From: Eledone cirrhosa
Lineage: Eukaryota
Assembly (NCBI GenBank): GCA_964016885.1
Contig: OZ024743.1
Span: 30,752,001 to 30,816,000 of the forward strand
Reading direction: 5' to 3'
DNA: 64,000 bases
The position numbers and the translations under genes were made by a program. Positions 59,671-64,000 of this stretch are shown here, piece by piece (the first letter of the stretch is position 1; each line of letters begins with the position of its first letter). The notes under the pieces were generated by a model. That model saw only the letters and a program-made list of their open reading frames with translations, did no database searches and was not told the origin of the DNA.

Positions 59671-60344
59671 AAAGAAATATGTATACATCCTACCGTTTAT
59701 TGAAGGGTTAAAATACACACACACACGCACACACATGCACACACGTATATAAACAGAGCGAGAAAGGGGGTGGGAGCGATTGTAACGTCAAGTTATCATT
59801 TATACTTTTTAAAATCTTGTTCGACCCCATATATTCTTGTATCTTTATTGCCTACCTCTTCAATGACACCGAAATGCTGTACATTCTTTGTACTACCCAT
59901 CCGAACTCCATATCCCTTCCCCTCCCTCTGCTTCACTCTCGCAGCTTAAATCTTACCCCACAACCTCACATCTCCGCATAAGCGGCATTCTGTCCACTAT
60001 TAAATGGTTAACGCCTCACTCTATCCCTACGATTAACACTAGATGTACCCAACAGCATTCTTTCATCTTCGCAATATCTTTCTTCTTTCTACATCTTCTC
60101 TCCCCGTCTCTATCATACTCACATATTTTTTCTCTCCAAATCAACCAATCAAAACAAGTAAATACTGACCACCCCAAACGAATGAGAACAGACATATTCT
60201 TTTAACGCTATATGTAAATCATTCCGTCATTAAGTTATCAGAATAGAAAATGAACCTTGAGCAGATCCATCCCGAAAATCGCGTCACATCCGAATAAAAT
60301 TAATGGCAATTTTACAATAGGTCCATACATATTACTGATATATA

Positions 60345-63300
60345 TATATATATATATAAAGCTGAAGTTGTCTGTGTGTGTGTGGACAATTTTTAATGAG
60401 GGCTCATATATTCTAAACCATTCATGCGATTTCTTTGAATTTTTTTACAGAGCTTCTCCTTGCACTAAACCTCTACATGATCTACAAAGGCATTCAAAAT
60501 TCGATATTGGGGCCTTTGGAGACGTTAAAAATGTTTGGTTATTTGTGTCAATTTTGGTGATTAAGTAAGACAAGAGTTATCTTTCCTTAATACAATAGGA
60601 ACTCATTTTTGATGTCAAAAATGTTGTTTAGGGATTTTGATTATTACAATTCGGCTCATTCGGATTTTACTTTACACTTTGTACTTGAAACAAAAGGTAC
60701 GCTTCCTTGAGACTAACAACATCATTCTTTATATTTCACAACCAGCAACTTTTAACAGATTACTAAGTTAAGTTATAGATTTGACATTGTATAATTTATA
60801 GTTTCAAGCTTGGTGTTCATACATTAAATGATGTCATAATCTTTACAATATTATGTTTAAATTTTTCTAAAGGTTGTTTATACATCAAAGACTTAAAATT
60901 ATTCTATTTTCTCGCATTGATTAGACTACGTTTCTGACACATAATTTAGTTATTAACTTACATACCCTGTACATTTCGAACGTTCTACCCCGATTGTGTT
61001 ATATCATGTCTACTTTACACATTTCGTTTTGATGCCTCGTGGAAAAAAAAAAGAAGTTTCCTCAGCAGATTTCGACCGGTGTGGTTAAGGAAAAGCAGCG
61101 TCGAGCTAATGAAACTAAGGAGCAGCGACAGCTGCCTCAAGAGATGCGGAGACACCTGAACAGTATGCAACTCGAACAAAACGCAATGCTGCTGCGACTG
61201 CTGCCTCAGGAGCTGCGGGGACACCTGAACAACGCATACGTCGCCAGGCTTGCGATTGTGCTTATCGGACTGCTGCGATAGCTTCTGAAATATTGGTTGA
61301 AAGAACTATACGACTTCAAACAATTGCGCTTTATAAAGCTGTTCTGCTTGGTGCATCAAAGCCTACGAGGAATAGATGTGTTTTTAAAGCCTTTCATTAT
61401 GACCCCTCTGAAAATTTTGCTGACCACAAACATGCTGCCATTGGTCGTATGTCCAAAATCTCTCTATAATGTAAAGCAGTAACTTGGCCGGGAGAGCCTG
61501 TTGGTCTATGCTGCTCAAATGGAAAGGTTTGTCTGCCCAACAGCCATGAAACTCCACAGCCTTTAAAGTCCCTTCTGCTTGGTGAGCATCCATATTCTCA
61601 AGATTTCGTGGACCGAATACGGGCATACCATTATGCTTTTCAAATGACAAGTTTTGGTCATAAGCCCATATCTTATGGAAGCTTTAATCACACTTTTACC
61701 ATTCAGGGACATACGTACCATTTAATCGGTTCTCTTCTACCAACAGATGCTTCTCATCGGAATTTTCTTTAGATTTACTTCATGAGACCAGAGAGAGATC
61801 AAATTGCACGTAGGGCTGCTGTTGCACCAGGCACATACACGGCTGTTCTTGGACCTCTTCAGGAAATGCTTCATGAGCACAACCGGTATATCAACCTATT
61901 TAAAACGGCTATTCAACGACGCGGGGCAGAAAGTGCCAACTTTAAGGTTGTTATTAGAAGTGACAGGACTCCTGTTGGGGAACATCGCCGCTGTTACAAC
62001 CGACCCGAAACAGAGGAGGTTGCTGTTTTGCTTTGCGATCCCAATGCAACTCTTTCCGAAAGAGATATCATCCTAGAGTGGCTTGACTCCCGTCTTAAGA
62101 GAATCAATAAATTAAATCCAGCCTATGACGCCCTTCAATACCCCTTATTATTTCCCTATGGAAAGGATGGATACAGTCCTGATATCCCTACAATTGTACC
62201 TAGAACACACCAAACAGCACAGCCTCCAAGCATTGTTTCCCATATGAACTTCTACAGTTACAGATTGATGGTTAGAACGAACAACTTCAACAGTCTTCAC
62301 AGAACAGGGGCTCTTTTGGATCAGTATTGTGAGCATATGTATGCTAAGGTAGTATTTACTCCCCTTTGAGTCATGTGTACATATACTTTTTATTAAAATA
62401 TTTGCATAACCATCCTATTCCTTACACTTGCAGATTGATTCAGAACGACTCCTTTGGATTCGCCATAATGAAAAGCAACTCCGTGCAGAAGAATATGCTA
62501 AGGTTGGAGACGAGGTTAATAGCAATGACAATGTAACTGCTTCTGAATTTGGTATTCGAATCATCCTGCCATCGTCCTATACAGGCGGCCGAGGTATATG
62601 AATGAACAGATGCAGGACGCTCTCACATACGTTCGTCTTTACAACCACCCTGATCTTTTCATAACGTTCACATGCAACCCCAAATGGGAGGACATCCAAA
62701 TGAGCCTACTTCCAGGCAAATGACAAGCATATCGCAATGACATCACTGCTCGCGTTTTTCATCTTAAAGTTCGTAAAAGGATTGATTTGTTTAAATATGG
62801 TGAAATTTTCGGGCTGATCAAATGTTTTATGTATACTGTTGAATGGCAAAAACGAGGTCTACCTCACGCCCACATCTTACTCTGGCTACAAAGCAAACTT
62901 CGACCTTCTGACGTGGACACAGTCATAAGAACAGAATTTCCAAATCACAATGAAGACCCCCAGTTGTACGAAATCATTCGAAGAAATATGGTTCATGGGC
63001 CATGTCGGCACTTTATTTCTACGTCTTCATGCATGGCAAACGGAAAATGCACTAAGAAATATCCACTAAAGCTTTTGGCTGAGACGATCACAGGTAACGA
63101 CGGTTACCCATTATATCGCAGAAGAGCTCCTGGACATGGCGGTTTCACAGCAACAATCAAACATGGATCTAACCGAGAATTTACAATTGACAATCAATGG
63201 GTTGTTCCACATAACAAGATGCTCTGCAAGACATTTAATGAGCATATTAACGTTGAATATTGTAACTAAGTTAAATCTATACGTTACTTTTGCAAATACG

Positions 63301-64000
63301 TCACTAAGGGTTCCGATAGAGCCCTATTTCAAGTGGCACAAACAGGAACAACAGCTGCACCAACAGATAAGGTAGAACTGGTTCTAATATGGCGTTATAT
63401 ATCAACCAATGAGGTCGTTTGGAGAACGTTTGGTTTCCCTATACACGAGCGATTCCCCCCCTGTTCAACATCTAAGTGTTCACTTGGAGGACACGCAGAG
63501 AGTTTACTTCACTGAAGAAAACTTACGTCAACATGTTCTTGCCGTAGGACAACTTTGACTGCATTTTTGGAACTATGTATGGTTGACTCCTACGCAAAAA
63601 CTCTTCTGTCTGTATATTGATGATCCTCATTATTATTCTTGGAACCACTCAACTTGCTTATGGCAAAGAAGAAAACAGTACCGACATATTGATTCAGATC
63701 CTGTCATTTTTTTTAAGTGACACAATAGGACGCGTCTATACTGTTCATCCTTTGAACATCGAATACTTCCATCTTCGATTGCTGCTTCACGTTGTACGTG
63801 GACAAAAATCCTTTGCAGCCCTTCGCACAGTGGACGGTCAATTATGCAACCATTATGAGAGTACACTTGAGGAAGCGTCTCTCATCAATCTCCGTCACAG
63901 CTTCGGCATCTATTCGCTATTATGCTGGTTTTTTGCAACTTTGTTGTGGAATAAATACAGGGACCACATGTGCCACGATATATGGCTTCAAACCTATCAA
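60345..64000 (+). mobile_element. Autonomous-type Helitron (runs off the window end)
   Basis: 5' end TATAAAGCTGAAGTTGTCTGTGTG resembles the non-autonomous copies; RepHel remnants follow. Confidence 0.9.
61100..64000 (+). pseudogene. Helitron RepHel (Zn finger + HUH Rep), frameshifted, with intron 62349-62433
   Basis: GLCCSNGKV, FQMTSFG, YDALQYPLLFPYG, DLFITFTCNPKW, VEWQKRGLPHAHILLW, MVHGPC, YFCKYVTKGSD. Confidence 0.95.

Overview
Eukaryotic, AT-rich, gene-poor DNA dominated by (TA)n/(CA)n/(GA)n microsatellites and transposons. The SINE content and composition suggest a cephalopod (Octopus-like) genome, which is inference. No intact host gene is visible, and nearly all short ORFs in the track are microsatellite artefacts. 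Recognisable content: six Penelope-like retroelements (PLEs; RT and/or GIY-YIG remnants), a Helitron RepHel pseudogene with an intron plus three non-autonomous Helitrons, mariner/Tc1, CR1 and RTE fragments, three SINE families, and probably a heavily decayed GABA-B-like class C GPCR pseudogene (about 29.9-36.2 kb, minus strand). The main signal is a dense population of type I hammerhead ribozyme (HHR) motifs from about 10 sequence families, several with recurring non-canonical cores (U3-A8, U4C, U4A, GCAA). They occur (i) in PLE 3' ends, (ii) in small fold-back twin insertions within (TA)n whose symmetry centre often falls inside the HHR, and (iii) in a 420-470 bp tandem retrozyme-like repeat carrying an invariant octamer motif. 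A shared CTC...ATTGAG hairpin lies in the 3' tail of several unrelated families. All folds and translations were done by eye, and element boundaries are approximate.
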